DNA of 64,000 nucleotides from Candidatus Bathyarchaeota archaeon (GTDB taxonomy: Archaea; Thermoproteota; Bathyarchaeia; Bathyarchaeales; Bathycorpusculaceae). Location of the stretch: positions 256,001 through 320,000 of the forward strand of contig CAWHVC010000003.1 in the NCBI GenBank assembly GCA_963832745.1, given 5' to 3'. Positions 38,301-49,079 of this stretch are shown in pieces. The translations under genes were made by a program, and so were the position numbers. A model generated the notes under the pieces. It ran no database searches. It was not told the DNA's origin and saw nothing but the letters and a program-made list of their open reading frames with translations. How positions within the stretch are numbered: the first letter of the stretch is position 1; the number at the start of each line of letters is the position of its first letter.

Positions 38301-39530
38301 TGCTGATGTAAGCTGGACTGCAGTTGGGTTTTGTCCTAGATTGTAAGCTGCAGTTACAAACTCTACTGATTGCCCTGACTGAGCAACTACAGTTTGGATT
38401 GCAAAATTGGCAAGTGCCGCTGTGTATTGGGTTTGGTTGCTTTGCAAGAATTGGTCAAAGGTGATGGCGCTGGTTAAAGCAGTTGTGAATTGCTGTGCTG
38501 TTTGGTCGCCGGCAAGGAAAGTGTTAATGTACATTTGAGTTGTTTGGCTTGAAACAGCTGATGCCCGCTCAACTGGAGTTAAAGTTTGAGTTGTGGGGTC
38601 TTGGAAGCTTTGGACCCATCCATTGTAGAAGGCGTCAAGTAATGGTGAAGCGTACATTGAAAATGAAGCGGGGTCTGCTTGGTAGAGGATTTGTGCGGTT
38701 TGGTTGTAGGCAAGCTGGTTTGCCATGTCAACGTTCTGTGTTTGAGTGTAGGTTTGTGTCCAAACGTTTAGGTAAGTTGCTGGAACGCCGTAGAGTAGGT
38801 TGAGGGTCATGTTAGCATTGTTGAAAACTGTGTAGACGCCTTGGTTTGTCTGGTTAAGACCATCGGCGAATTGGGTTTGGGTTTGGTTGTAAGCAGAAGA
38901 CCACACCATCGTGTACATGGCTGGAACGCCGTAAAGCAGATTATAAGTCATGTTTGCGTTGTCAAAAACCATGTAAACATTAGGGTTTAACTGTTCAAGC
39001 CCGTTTGAAAGCTCGGTTTGGGTTTGTCCATACGCTGTTTCCCAAATGGTCTTGTACATGACGGGGACGCCGTAAAGCATGCTGTAGGTCATGTTTGCGT
39101 TAGTGTAAAGAGTGTAGGCGCCCTCGTTTGTTTGGTTGAGCGCTGGAATCAAAATGGTGTAAACGTTTGTAACATTCTGCACGCCAGTGATGTCTGGGTC
39201 AGACTTTATTTGGTCTGATAATTGTTCAAGAAATCGTTGCGTCTCGATTGATGAAGCGTTATTTGTTGATACAACTATAACTAAAGAATTGTTTGCTACG
39301 GACGAAGAGAAGTAATCTCCGATTAAATCGTCTGCTTTAACAGATTCAAGGCTGCTGTCACTTGAGGCACCCATCTGAAGCGATACCACGCCTGTTGCGC
39401 TAAGCGCAAACGGAATGATAAGAACCAAGAGAAGAAGCCAAGCGAAGATGACAACGTATTTGCGTTTTAGTACCAGTTGTCCGATTTTTCCAAAGAAGTT
39501 TACCTTTTCGGTTTTCATGTTGGGAATCAC
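35347..39530 (-). pseudogene. Large MMPL/RND-family transporter, split by frameshifts at ~37800-37980 (pseudogene or sequence error)
   Basis: N-part 37971-39530 (TM1 plus repetitive Q/N/T-rich ectodomain) and C-part 35347-37779 (GVGTDYSIF, GLGMDYNIF, GGIITAAAII). Confidence 0.8.
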
Positions 39531-39669
39531 TACTTTTTCGTTTTTCTATGTTAGTTATTAAGTAACGTTGAATTCAGAAAGCAAACACTCACCACTCGGA
39601 TATACATTCTACCGCACAGGTTCGGCTCTAGTCGAAGCATATTTAAACAGTGACACAGGTTCCTTTTGT

Positions 39670-40332
39670 ATGCGTCGCTTAATCTTGGAAGCCTCCCAAA
39701 AAGAAATATCTAAAATAGGCATCGAAATGCCACAATTTGATAAAATAAAATCACTGGAACTACTATATATCCTACGGCAGGACCAAGAAGAATTTACCGC
39801 AATCTCGCAAGTAGAATTCAAAGACCACAGCACAGAAGTGATGGAACTACAAAAAAACGGTTTTCTTATGGAAATTCAAGTGTTAGAGCACCAAAAAAAC
39901 GGCGTCTACACAGTTTTTATGCGTGGAGCCCCAAGCCTTTCCTCAGTTTTAGAGTCTATCGGAGTAGAAAGCGGTTACCTGTTTCCGCCAATTGGCATAA
40001 GCGACGGAAAAATCAAAATTTCCTTCCTCGGCAGCGAAGGGCAAGTTCGCGCTTTCTTGGAAAAAGTTGATGCCGCACAAATCCACTACAAAGTCGTCAT
40101 GCTAACCGACGCAAACTTCGCACCATCCTCACCCCTAAACGAGCTAACCGAGAAACAGAGGGAAGTGCTGCTTGCCGCCTACAAAAACGGTTACTACGAC
40201 ATCCCAAGACGCACAAACACACGACAGTTATCCAAAAAACTCGGCATAGGCGACTCCACGCTGGCGGAGCATTTGCGCAAAGCAGAAAGACACCTCTTAG
40301 TTAGCCTGTTAAGCCAAAACACCAACACCTAA
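39670..40332 (+). CDS. Transcriptional regulator with C-terminal bacterio-opsin-activator-type HTH (HTH_10)
   Basis: LTEKQREVLLAAYKNGYYDIPRR..LSKKLGI..STLAEHLRKAE; divergent from the MMPL gene. Confidence 0.88.
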   Translation: MRRLILEASQKEISKIGIEMPQFDKIKSLELLYILRQDQEEFTAISQVEFKDHSTEVMELQKNGFLMEIQVLEHQKNGVYTVFMRGAPSLSSVLESIGVESGYLFPPIGISDGKIKISFLGSEGQVRAFLEKVDAAQIHYKVVMLTDANFAPSSPLNELTEKQREVLLAAYKNGYYDIPRRTNTRQLSKKLGIGDSTLAEHLRKAERHLLVSLLSQNTNT

Positions 40333-40373
40333 ACAATGGACTTTTAACCGTTTTAAAAAAAAGAAAAAGTGGT

Positions 40374-41840
40374 TTATAATGAATACCATGCATGCAAATC
40401 AGTATCACCCGTAATCTGCCTGCTTGCACCATTCCCTAAACCATCACTGAAAAAATAAAAATTCCAATAAATATACGGAGTATCCACATAAACAGTATGC
40501 GACCCCACAGCAACCTGAACAGTAGGCGGTGCGTATCCAACAAGATTGCCATCAACATACACAGCAGGACACAACGTATACCCGCCACCATCACTAGCAG
40601 TAACAGTCAACGAATAATACGTTTGCTGGTTTTGAATAGTTACAGTTTTTGGGCTTGATGAACCACTGGAACGACCTGTAGAATCCTGAGCAGTCACCCT
40701 CACTGAATATTGACATGCACTAGGCCATGAATGCGAAGCATACGCTGTTGAACCACTTGAATAATAGCCCGTAGTAGTTGAAGTACCATCACCCCAATCA
40801 AAAGTGTACCTTATGTTATCACCGTTTGCATCAGTAGACACCGCCGAAAACTGATAACTCGAACCAACATAACCAGAGGAAGGACCGCCAACAGACGGCG
40901 TACTAGGTGGGGCTGGCTGGTTCGAAATAGTTACAGTTAATGGACTTGACTGGCTACTTGAACGATAAGTGCTGTCTTCTGCAGTCACCTGCACCGAGTA
41001 TTGTCCCGTACTAGACCAGCTATGAGAAGCATAAACAGTTGCACCGCTTGAATACCAGCCAGTAGTAGTTGATGTTCCATCGCCCCAGTTGAAAGTGTAA
41101 CGTATATTGTCACCATTTATATCAGTAGATACCGCCGAGTACTGGTAGCTCTGACTAATATAACCCGACGAAGGCCCACCAACAGAAGGTGTACTTGGAG
41201 GTGAAGGGTCCGGAATACGTTCATACCGCGCCGTTAACGTACTATCAGAAGTGATTGAAAGCGTCACAGGACGAGAATAATAGTTCAAACCATTAAGGGT
41301 AAAGTAACGGAAAGTATAGCCAGCAATATCATCAACCGATATACTATGAGAACCAGAATAAATTTAGATCAGCAGTATAATAAGCATTACCATGGATTCT
41401 AAATAATGCACAGCAAGTGTTCCAGTATCAAAAGCATTTAAATGTAAGAGTAGGCTGGTAAAGCTTCAAATTACTATTGCCATAAACCCTCATTTAGCTA
41501 CCATCACCACTTTCATCATGCCAAGCACCGTCATAGTACATTGGCCAAACCGAAAGATATCCTTGGTGAAGGTCGATTTCACCAAAATTGCCAGTATAGA
41601 ATTGTTGGAAGCCAGCCAAAGGTGAAGTGACATTAATTTAAAGAGTAAGCAAGGAAGGGATACTAGCACCACTAACATGTATATATACGAGCTATTGTGT
41701 GCAGTTACAACTTGGCTTAAAGCTGCTGAACCGTAATGAAAACCAAGGTAAACAAAGCTGCCAGTATCTGGACGAGCATAACCATCATCACTCATATGAT
41801 AGGCGGTATTAAATCCTTGAAAAGTATCCCTATTCTCCAC
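40374..41840 (-). pseudogene. Decayed PKD-repeat surface protein (intact 3' part 40374-41288, disrupted 5' part)
   Basis: Two ~98-aa repeats with YTF(N/D)WGDGT; upstream protein-like fragments broken by stops and frameshifts; no signal peptide. Confidence 0.7.
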
Positions 41841-41956
41841 AAGACGAGGGTTTATAAAAAAAGATGTAAAAAATCAATCGATAAGGCACCTCAATAGAAA
41901 CGAGAATAATTTTTAACAAAACAGATATTTTATTGTAATTATTTCAATAAACTATC

Positions 41957-42089
41957 ACTGAGAATTTCTGTTTCAGTTACAACATTTTTAAAAAAAACGA
42001 GTTTCAACAAATTTTTCAGCTTGGGGCAGTACTGAGATTTTGTTTAGTTACAACATTTAAAAAACGAGCTTTCAACAAATTTTTCAGCT
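41957..42089. repeat. Tandem ~60-65 bp imperfect duplication
   Basis: ACTGAGA..TGTTT(C)AGTTACAACATTT..AAAAAACGAG..TTCAACAAATTTTTCAGCT at 41957-42021 and 42031-42089. Confidence 0.85.
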
Positions 42090-42169
42090 CTTGCCACCCA
42101 TAAACTTTTGTTTTTAAGCTTTTTGGTTATTGTTGTTGCACCCTGCACCCACAAACTTGTTCCAACTAA

Positions 42170-42751
42170 ACAACCTCTAATATCACCGTTCTTAACAATA
42201 CTATACTCACAGCATCAGGAATTATATTTGAAACGTCAGAAAAGGCCCAAATCATAGGCAATGAAATAACAGGACAAGACAAGGGCTTTGGACATGGCAT
42301 ACGATTACTAAACTCATCTAACAACCTTATAGCCGCTAACAACTTCAAAGATACAGGTTCAGCAATCAGAATAGGCCTCACCAGCATAAACAACACATTC
42401 TATCATAACAATTTCTTAAACAACAAAAACAATGTGGGAGCTTATACAGAAGAGGATAATTTGGACTCTTTGAGCCATAATAAAGGCGTGTACTGGAGTA
42501 ACGCCAACAGCACAGATGCAAATAATGATGGCATAGGCGATACACCTTATATTATTGATGAGAAACGTCAAGACCCTTACCCCTTAATGACACCCTATAA
42601 CATCACCAACACAAACAACATAGACATACACACACCAAAAATAGAGAAGAACCAAAACCAAACAACCACCATAACAGCCGCCGCCACATTAGCAGCAGTA
42701 ATAACCATCGGAGCCCTCCTAACAATATACTACAAGAAACATCAACACTAA
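42170..42751 (+). pseudogene. 5'-truncated NosD/CASH parallel beta-helix surface protein
   Basis: Open frame from 42170: ..GIRLLNSSNNLIAANNF..NNTFYHNNF..GVYWS..DANNDGIGDTPY..DPYPLM plus TM; no start or signal peptide. Confidence 0.7.
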
Positions 42752-42911
42752 AACATTTAACGCATAAAAAATAACTGCATCTCTTAGCAGTTAAAAGACT
42801 GCTTTTTTAACAGCATTTTTGTAGATCTTTTTAATGCTAAAATTGTTTTTTGGGGTTGGGTGTTTTGGTTTTTTGTGTGGAGTGTGAACTGGTTGGCGTA
42901 GGCATTGTTTG

Positions 42912-43190
42912 ATGGGTTATGCTAATGCCCGACCTGCATTGTACTTACCGTTGCTTTATTTTTCATATTATCCTATTTGGATCCTATTAGAAACTCATTG
43001 TAGGAACCTATAGGGGGTCTATCTTTTCAGCGCTTTCTGCTACGAACCTATTTGGCGCCTATTAGTGGTTCTATGTTGAAACCTTAGAGGGGCAGGTAGA
43101 AAACTGGTTATTTCTCCACCAAATACAATAGGAAACCTATAGGGGATAGGCGCTAATGGTTGATTTTCACGTCATTAATATGATGAAAAA
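42912..43190 (+). repeat. Dispersed non-coding repeat, copy C (core unit internally duplicated)
   Basis: ATGGGTTATGCTAATGCCCGACCTGCAT...two CCTATTTGG..CCTATTAG..AACCT.TAG.GGG units...CCTATAGGGGATAGGCGCTAATGGTTGA. Confidence 0.85.
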
Positions 43191-43197
43191 CTTGGGG

Positions 43198-43968
43198 TTA
43201 GGCGCTGATTTTTGGTGGTGGACGAACACGCCTGCCCATTTTGATGCGGAGCGCAACGCGGTAGAGTTTGCGTAGTGATTTTACCAGTTGCTCAACCGTT
43301 GGGGCGGAAGAGTAAATCAAAGGTATCTGCTCATACTCAGCCAGTTTAGCAGCTTCTTCATCAGGCAAGGTTTTATGGAAAACCACCACCCGCGGCTTAA
43401 GCGTGCTAACGCGGACAATCATCATCGGCAAACTGCAGGCATCCACATTAGTAAAAATTAGCGCCCGCTCGGTGGAAGCACCAAAAAGTTGTGTATACTC
43501 GGAGCCTGAGAGAGCTTCAACAGCACGTTTACTGTCAATAACCGTGTAACCCGTGATTTCTCTAACAGATTTTTCTTCTTTAAAAGCAACTACTTCGCCG
43601 TTAATTGCCCGGCACAAGTATTCAACGCGAACTGGAATAGGAAATTCCCGCAGGTCAATAATGGCCATGCTTGGGGAACTGGTAAGTTTAGCAAATTCAC
43701 GTATGAAACGACTGCCCTTAGACTCATCAAGCTGCAATAGCGCCAAGACGAAGCGACGGATGAATTTGGCTCCGGGGCTTTTTCGGCGTCCACTTTCATA
43801 ATCGCTAATAACTGAGGAAGATAAACCCATGCCTTCTGAGAGACTAAGCTGCGAAACTGCGAAAAGTTCACGCCATTTTCTCATAGTAGCGCCTGGTCTT
43901 GCGGAAAGAATTATTTCGCCAGCGATTCTTCTTGCCAAAACTTCACGAGTACTAGGTGACACAGACAT
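43198..43968 (-). CDS. Conserved archaeal XRE-family HTH transcriptional regulator (COG1709-like)
   Basis: RIAGEIILS..PGATMRKWRELF..SVISDYESGRRKSPG, GYTVIDS and STERALIFT; ATG 43968 preferred; neighbour of alba. Confidence 0.85.
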   Translation of the reverse strand: MSVSPSTREVLARRIAGEIILSARPGATMRKWRELFAVSQLSLSEGMGLSSSVISDYESGRRKSPGAKFIRRFVLALLQLDESKGSRFIREFAKLTSSPSMAIIDLREFPIPVRVEYLCRAINGEVVAFKEEKSVREITGYTVIDSKRAVEALSGSEYTQLFGASTERALIFTNVDACSLPMMIVRVSTLKPRVVVFHKTLPDEEAAKLAEYEQIPLIYSSAPTVEQLVKSLRKLYRVALRIKMGRRVRPPPKISA

Positions 43969-44235
43969 TAAGGGACTCTCTTGGTTTTGCACTGTTTTCT
44001 TTAAACAAGTATAAAGCCATAACGATTTAAGATATGGATGAATTAAAATTTTTTGAAATTCAAACATGGAAGCTTTTTTTATCAAAAAACTAAAAAAATG
44101 GCAGTCAAGAGAGTCATTTTATGCTTGACACCATAACGAGTTTTTGAATTGCGTTTATAAGGAAGTTCCAACATAATTGGCTGTAACGGGCTGTCAAAGA
44201 ACACGACAGAACGATAACCACAATAAGTGATAGAA

Positions 44236-44523
44236 ATGACAGAAAAACAACAAGACGTTATATTCGTTGGAAATAAACCCCCAATGAGCTATGTTCTAGC
44301 TATCATCACGGCATTCTCGTCAGGAACCGCAAAAGAAATAACCCTAAAAGCACGAGGCCAAGCAATCACTACCGCTGTTGACGTTGCAGAAATCACAAGA
44401 AGCCGCTTCATTAAAGAACTCAAAGTTCAAAAGATTGCCATAGGAACAGCCGAGATGCCGCCAAGAGAAGGCGAGAACAAGTCCAGAATGGTTTCAACAA
44501 TAGAGATTACTCTACAAAAATAA
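44236..44523 (+). CDS. albA: DNA/RNA-binding protein Alba
   Basis: VGNKPPMSYVLA, LKARGQAITTAVDVAE and VSTIEI. Confidence 0.95.
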   Translation: MTEKQQDVIFVGNKPPMSYVLAIITAFSSGTAKEITLKARGQAITTAVDVAEITRSRFIKELKVQKIAIGTAEMPPREGENKSRMVSTIEITLQK

Positions 44524-44552
44524 ACCAGAAAGGACCAAAAAGCAGTTTAAAA

Positions 44553-44582
44553 TGAGAGTTCAATTGACTCTCAACCCTTTTT
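44553..44582 (+). terminator. Hairpin plus T-tract downstream of alba
   Basis: TGAGAGT/ACTCTCA inverted repeat followed by CCCTTTTT, between convergent genes. Confidence 0.4.
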
Positions 44583-44608
44583 ACATACAAAAATTTTTTG
44601 CCTACAGG

Positions 44609-45508
44609 CTATGCCATAAAAATTAAGCCAACACCAGTCACAATCGCCAATGCACCTAAAACTGTTCCAGCTGAAGCTTTTTCCCTAAACAAAAACATAC
44701 CAGCAAATGCTGCAAATAAGGGTGAAACAGACGAAATTGGAACCGCCTGAGCCTCAGCTACACTTAGAAAACTGTAATTCAACAAAAACCAGCCTAAACC
44801 GTTAGCGATTAAGCCACCGATACACAGTTGGAGCACGGTTTTGCGTTTCATCTTTAAAAAACCACGGTTTTTATCAACTAAAGGCGTCAACGCTATAAAG
44901 AAGACCGCCATAGAAACAACCCTTAATGCTACAAGGGCGTAGTCGGCTTGCAAACTGGGCATGGCTGCATTAGAAACGGCGACGTCCATAAGTGTAACAC
45001 CAATCGACCAAAACACAGCCGTAGCTAGACACAGGCCTACACCAAAAATTACAGCTTTACCTTTCACGTTTGTTACTTCAACATTTTTTTGGCTACTTAA
45101 AAGCCAAATTCCAAAAACAATAAAGACTGCGCCAACAACAGCCGCTTCGGATAAGGGTTGACCAAGAAACGCTATAGCCCACAAAAGACTAAATAAAGGA
45201 TAAGTTGCAGCCAACGGCACCGCTCTAGATACACCTAAAGTTTTGAGGCCAAACATGTACAGGGTATCCCCGATTCCTAACCCGACGATGCCGCTTATTA
45301 TGGTGACAGCTAAAATCCACAGGGGCAACTCAGCTAAAATGCTGACGCCGCCTAAAATAAACAGGACAACAACAAGCACGGCAGCGTTAGTTACACTGCG
45401 TATGATGTTTGCTGAAACAGGTTTTGTGCCTTCGAGGGCTTTTCGGTAAAGTAATGGCGCTATTGCCCAGCTTAAAGCTGCACCTAAAGCCGCTAGTTCC
45501 CCAATCAT
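44609..45508 (-). CDS. EamA/DMT-family transporter
   Basis: About ten TM segments in two repeats; GVSRAVPLAATYPLF and SPLFAA..LFRE. Confidence 0.9.
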   Translation of the reverse strand: MIGELAALGAALSWAIAPLLYRKALEGTKPVSANIIRSVTNAAVLVVVLFILGGVSILAELPLWILAVTIISGIVGLGIGDTLYMFGLKTLGVSRAVPLAATYPLFSLLWAIAFLGQPLSEAAVVGAVFIVFGIWLLSSQKNVEVTNVKGKAVIFGVGLCLATAVFWSIGVTLMDVAVSNAAMPSLQADYALVALRVVSMAVFFIALTPLVDKNRGFLKMKRKTVLQLCIGGLIANGLGWFLLNYSFLSVAEAQAVPISSVSPLFAAFAGMFLFREKASAGTVLGALAIVTGVGLIFMA

Positions 45509-45603
45509 TAATTAACCTAAGGCAAGGCAAAAAACCGAGGATAAAGAGGTTTTGATTAAATAAAAAGAAAAACAGATAAAAAATGGCTGTACCGAAGAAA
45601 AGG

Positions 45604-46455
45604 CTATTTTTTGAGTTTAGCCTCAACTTTCTCTACGATTTGATTGAAGATTTTGGATGCTTCAGATTCAGGGTAAGAAATAACAAACGGCAACCCTTTA
45701 TCAGCGTCAACACCGATTTTGGGGTCAATCGGGATGCTTCCAAGAAAATCAACATTCATTTCTTTAGCCATTTGTACTCCGCCGCCAGACTGGAAAATCT
45801 CAGTTTTTACACCGCAATGCGGACAAATGAAGCCGCTCATGTTTTCCACTACGCCAAGGACGGGCATGTTGAGGTTTTCGGCAAACGTGACAGCTTTTTT
45901 AACGATTTCGCTGGACAATACCGAGGGCATGGTAACGATGATTACGCCGTCCATTTCGGGCAACAATTGTGCTACGCTTAAGGGTTCATCGCCAGTTCCA
46001 GGAGGCAAATCTATAAGAAGATAGTCTAATTCGCCCCATAGGACGTCGGAGAGGAACTGTTTGATTGCTTTCATTTTAAGGGGGCCACGCCAAATGGTTG
46101 GGGTTTGTCCCGGCAGGAAAAAGTCTATTGACATGACTTTAATGCCCATGGGTCCTTCGACAGGGAAGGCACCTGCAATGTTGGACCGGACTGTTTTGCC
46201 CTCTAAACCGTACAGTCGGGGAATACTTGGGCCGTGAATGTCAGCGTCTAAAACGCCGACGCGGTAGCCTTCTTTAGCCAATGCGGCACCCAAGTTGGCG
46301 GTTACGGTGCTTTTACCTACTCCGCCTTTGCCGCTGATTATGGCGATTTTATGTTTAATTTGCTTCATGTTATCTTGGAGCCGTTGTTGGTCTTCGGCTT
46401 CTTGTTGACGATAAGCTTCAAGTTGGGCTCTGTTTTGCTCTAACCGACTACTCAT
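45604..46455 (-). CDS. Mrp/NBP35 Fe-S cluster carrier ATPase
   Basis: SGKGGVGKST, DADIHGPS, WRGP, DLPPGTGD and ENMSGFICPHC. Confidence 0.95.
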   Translation of the reverse strand: MSSRLEQNRAQLEAYRQQEAEDQQRLQDNMKQIKHKIAIISGKGGVGKSTVTANLGAALAKEGYRVGVLDADIHGPSIPRLYGLEGKTVRSNIAGAFPVEGPMGIKVMSIDFFLPGQTPTIWRGPLKMKAIKQFLSDVLWGELDYLLIDLPPGTGDEPLSVAQLLPEMDGVIIVTMPSVLSSEIVKKAVTFAENLNMPVLGVVENMSGFICPHCGVKTEIFQSGGGVQMAKEMNVDFLGSIPIDPKIGVDADKGLPFVISYPESEASKIFNQIVEKVEAKLKK

Positions 46456-46552
46456 AAAAACACACTTTTCCTAAGGCTTTGTTTAGGGTTGATTATTGAA
46501 GTAAACTAAAAAGGTTTATGGTAAAATCGACGGCAATAAGGATTAAAAAAAA

Positions 46553-47038
46553 TTAACCCTGTTTGTAACCGATTTTTCTTAGAAACGCCCTTCGCTCTGC
46601 AATGTCTTGTTCTGTTTCTATTCCTTTGCTTTTGAACCCGTCTACAACGCCGATTATGCCTCTGCCCTGTTCTGTTTCAACAATCAGGACCTGCAATGGA
46701 TTGGCTGTTGCTGCGTAAACGGTGCAGACTTCGGGGACTTTTTTGATTTTGTCAAGCACGTTTAGGGGGTAAGCGTTTTTGAGGTAGATTAAAAAGCTGT
46801 GTCCGCAGGCGATTTCAAAAGCTTTCTCCGCTGCCAGCCTTCGCAGTTCGGCGTCATTGCCTTCGTGTCGTACAAGGCAGGGTCCTGAGCTTTCACAGAA
46901 GCCTAGCCCAAACTGGATTTGTGGAACAGAATTAATTAGTGCCTCATAGAGGTCTTCGGCTGTTTTAATGAAGTGTGCCATGCCAAGGATGATGTTGCAG
47001 TCTTTTGGTGGGTCGATTTTTATGGTTTTAAAATCCAA
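46553..47038 (-). CDS. Adenosine-specific kinase family protein (DUF355)
   Basis: [21 protein letters not shown] and [10 protein letters not shown]. Confidence 0.9.
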   Translation of the reverse strand: MDFKTIKIDPPKDCNIILGMAHFIKTAEDLYEALINSVPQIQFGLGFCESSGPCLVRHEGNDAELRRLAAEKAFEIACGHSFLIYLKNAYPLNVLDKIKKVPEVCTVYAATANPLQVLIVETEQGRGIIGVVDGFKSKGIETEQDIAERRAFLRKIGYKQG

Positions 47039-47207
47039 AGCTTTTCGCCTAAAACATTTTGGTCTAATTAGCTTTTAAGAATTTGGCAAGTTTTTTGGCT
47101 GTCACGCTTGCTTATGATAAATTTTATATGGCACATACAACAGTCCAATAAAGCGAAGTGCAAACCACAAATTTTGCACCTTAAACGTTTAGAAGGAGTT
47201 GAAAGTA

Positions 47208-47351
47208 GTGTCCGAGAAAGAAATGCACAAGGCAACTTGCTCTGAATGTGGTCAAGAATGTGAAGTTCCATTCAAACCAGACCCAGCCAGGCCAGTTTAC
47301 TGCCGTGAATGCTGGTCCAAGAAACGTCCAGCAAGACCACGCAGATACTAA
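47208..47351 (+). CDS. CxxC-x17-CxxC zinc-binding protein (47 aa), not in the ORF track
   Basis: MSEKEMHKATCSECGQECEVPFKPDPARPVYCRECWSKKRPARPRRY; SD AGGAG. Confidence 0.9.
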   Translation: MSEKEMHKATCSECGQECEVPFKPDPARPVYCRECWSKKRPARPRRY

Positions 47352-47499
47352 GCAAGTTAAGCTTAGCCTTCCAAAATCCAATTTATTCTTTATTTTTTCA
47401 AGCTTGAACCAAACAGTTTTTTTAGTAGGATAACATGTTGTGGTGAATGCAAAAGCTAAATATTGCTGGAAACCAATGTTTTCCAGTCGCATAGGTCAA

Positions 47500-47576
47500 G
47501 GGCCGATAGTTCAGCTGGTATGAACGCTTGACTTGCACTCAAGAGGTCGGGGGTTCAAATCCCCCTCGGTCCACCA
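47500..47576 (+). tRNA. tRNA-Ala(UGC), CCA encoded, no intron
   Basis: Acceptor stem GGGCCGA/TCGGTCC with G3:U70; anticodon arm CTTGA-CTTGCAC-TCAAG; T arm GGGGG-TTCAAAT-CCCCC. Confidence 0.96.
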
Positions 47577-47689
47577 GAAACCGCTTCATTAATTAATACT
47601 TAGAAACGTGGGATTCCAGTTTTACTAAGTTGATGTTTTGAGAAACAATTAATTAGTTGCTGTTCCTAATTTGGTGTTGAGGTTTTTTA

Positions 47690-48124
47690 GTGTTGTCAGA
47701 TGATGATACTCCACTCCATTTTGAAGGCCGTGAAGATGTAATATCAGAGAAAGTTCTCCGTTTTGAGGGAAAAAATAAAGATTTAGATAAATTATCTAGG
47801 CAAATCATTGAGAAACTATCTTCCAAAGGCTACAAAACACAGTCAACCACAAATTCTATGGGCATAATCATACAAGCTAAGAAAGCTGGAGTTCTAAGGG
47901 ACATCATCACTGCAGAAAGAGCGTTTACAATTTTAATATCTGGTCAGCCCAACGATTTCACAATTCACATAGGCATAGGCAAATTTTACCAGAATTTAGC
48001 AGTGGCATCAGTTGAAGCCGTCTTAACGGTCGGCCTGTTTCTTATAGTTGACATACCCGAAATGCTTTGGAATGATGAGGTAGAAAAAGGAATCATTAGA
48101 GACATGGTTGAAATCGTGGGTTAA
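47690..48124 (+). CDS. Hypothetical protein in the tRNA-adjacent islet
   Basis: 144-aa ORF with upstream GAGG; AT-rich. Confidence 0.7.
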   Translation: MLSDDDTPLHFEGREDVISEKVLRFEGKNKDLDKLSRQIIEKLSSKGYKTQSTTNSMGIIIQAKKAGVLRDIITAERAFTILISGQPNDFTIHIGIGKFYQNLAVASVEAVLTVGLFLIVDIPEMLWNDEVEKGIIRDMVEIVG

Positions 48125-48149
48125 ACTGTAAAAAGCAGCTAACTCGATT

Positions 48150-48929
48150 TTAGCAATCACTGATTACCTTTAATTGACTGCTTGGCAGATGAGATTTCAA
48201 GGGAGCGAGGCAGTACATAGCCCAGCCCATATCTTTACTTTGATACTGTAAATAATCATCCTGATCAGTACGGAAGAATTTGAATACCTGTTCATAATCA
48301 GGGTGGCTAGGATTTTCTTCAAGCCAACGAATCAGTCCATACCAACTATCAGAAATGTATCTATCCCAGTCATCGCGGCTGGAACGGATAATATATTCGA
48401 GTTCAAAGCCTTCGTTTCGGGTAAATTGGGCAAGTTCTGGTTCGGTATGGGTAGTTGTCTGTTTTTGGGCATATTCTGGATGTACCTGATTGCTAAGCCA
48501 GTGAGTTTCACCGATGCCGAGGCGTCCATTCTGATGCACTGCCCGCTGCATCGCTTGGATTGTCTGCTGGAAGCCGCCAAAAGCAAAAGTTGCCCCAATA
48601 CATGTTGCGGCATCAAAAGCCCCCTCTTCGAACAGGTAGTCAGCCGCTGGAGCGCATACGATTTCGATTTGACCCGACAACCCTCTTTTAACCAGCTTAT
48701 CTCTGGCACGGTCGCATAACTCTCCAGATATATCTATGCCAACACCGGTGATGCCGAATTTTTCAGCCCAGAGAGTGAGAGCTTCGGCGCAACCACAACC
48801 AAAGTCGATAACTCGACTACCTTTTTTCAACCTGAGCAGTTTGCCGAGTTGGACGATTTTTTCAGGCGTGGAAGGGTTAAGTATCTCCATATAGCGGTGT
48901 GAGATACCCATAAGGTCAAAGAAGTCCAT
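48150..48929 (-). CDS. Class I SAM-dependent methyltransferase
   Basis: VIDFGCG, GVGIDIS and FDAATCIGA. Confidence 0.92.
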   Translation of the reverse strand: MDFFDLMGISHRYMEILNPSTPEKIVQLGKLLRLKKGSRVIDFGCGCAEALTLWAEKFGITGVGIDISGELCDRARDKLVKRGLSGQIEIVCAPAADYLFEEGAFDAATCIGATFAFGGFQQTIQAMQRAVHQNGRLGIGETHWLSNQVHPEYAQKQTTTHTEPELAQFTRNEGFELEYIIRSSRDDWDRYISDSWYGLIRWLEENPSHPDYEQVFKFFRTDQDDYLQYQSKDMGWAMYCLAPLKSHLPSSQLKVISDC

Positions 48930-49043
48930 GATTCATTCAGCCGTCTAACAATAACTTCAGATATTAGCATTATGGCGATAAAGGATGATGTGGTTTCTTT
49001 CTGGCGGTAAAGAAATAGGTTTCCGCGGGCGATTTCTCCACTA

Positions 49044-49071
49044 GACGAGGGTTCAAATACCCTCGATCCAC
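49044..49071 (+). repeat. Degenerate copy of a tRNA 3' end (att-like scar)
   Basis: GACGAGGGTTCAAATACCCTCGATCCAC versus tRNA-Ala GTCGGGGGTTCAAATCCCCCTCGGTCCAC. Confidence 0.7.
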
Positions 49072-49079
49072 TTTTTAAT

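Noticed and set aside
41957-42089. Possible CRISPR array
   Set aside because: Only two ~60-bp imperfect units separated by 9 bp, with no spacer pattern and no cas genes; I saw no CRISPR array elsewhere in the window
47466-47486. CTGGAAA-N7-TTTCCAG dyad upstream of tRNA-Ala as an ORB or replication origin
   Set aside because: Single site with no G-string, no AT-rich unwinding element and no orc1/cdc6 neighbour
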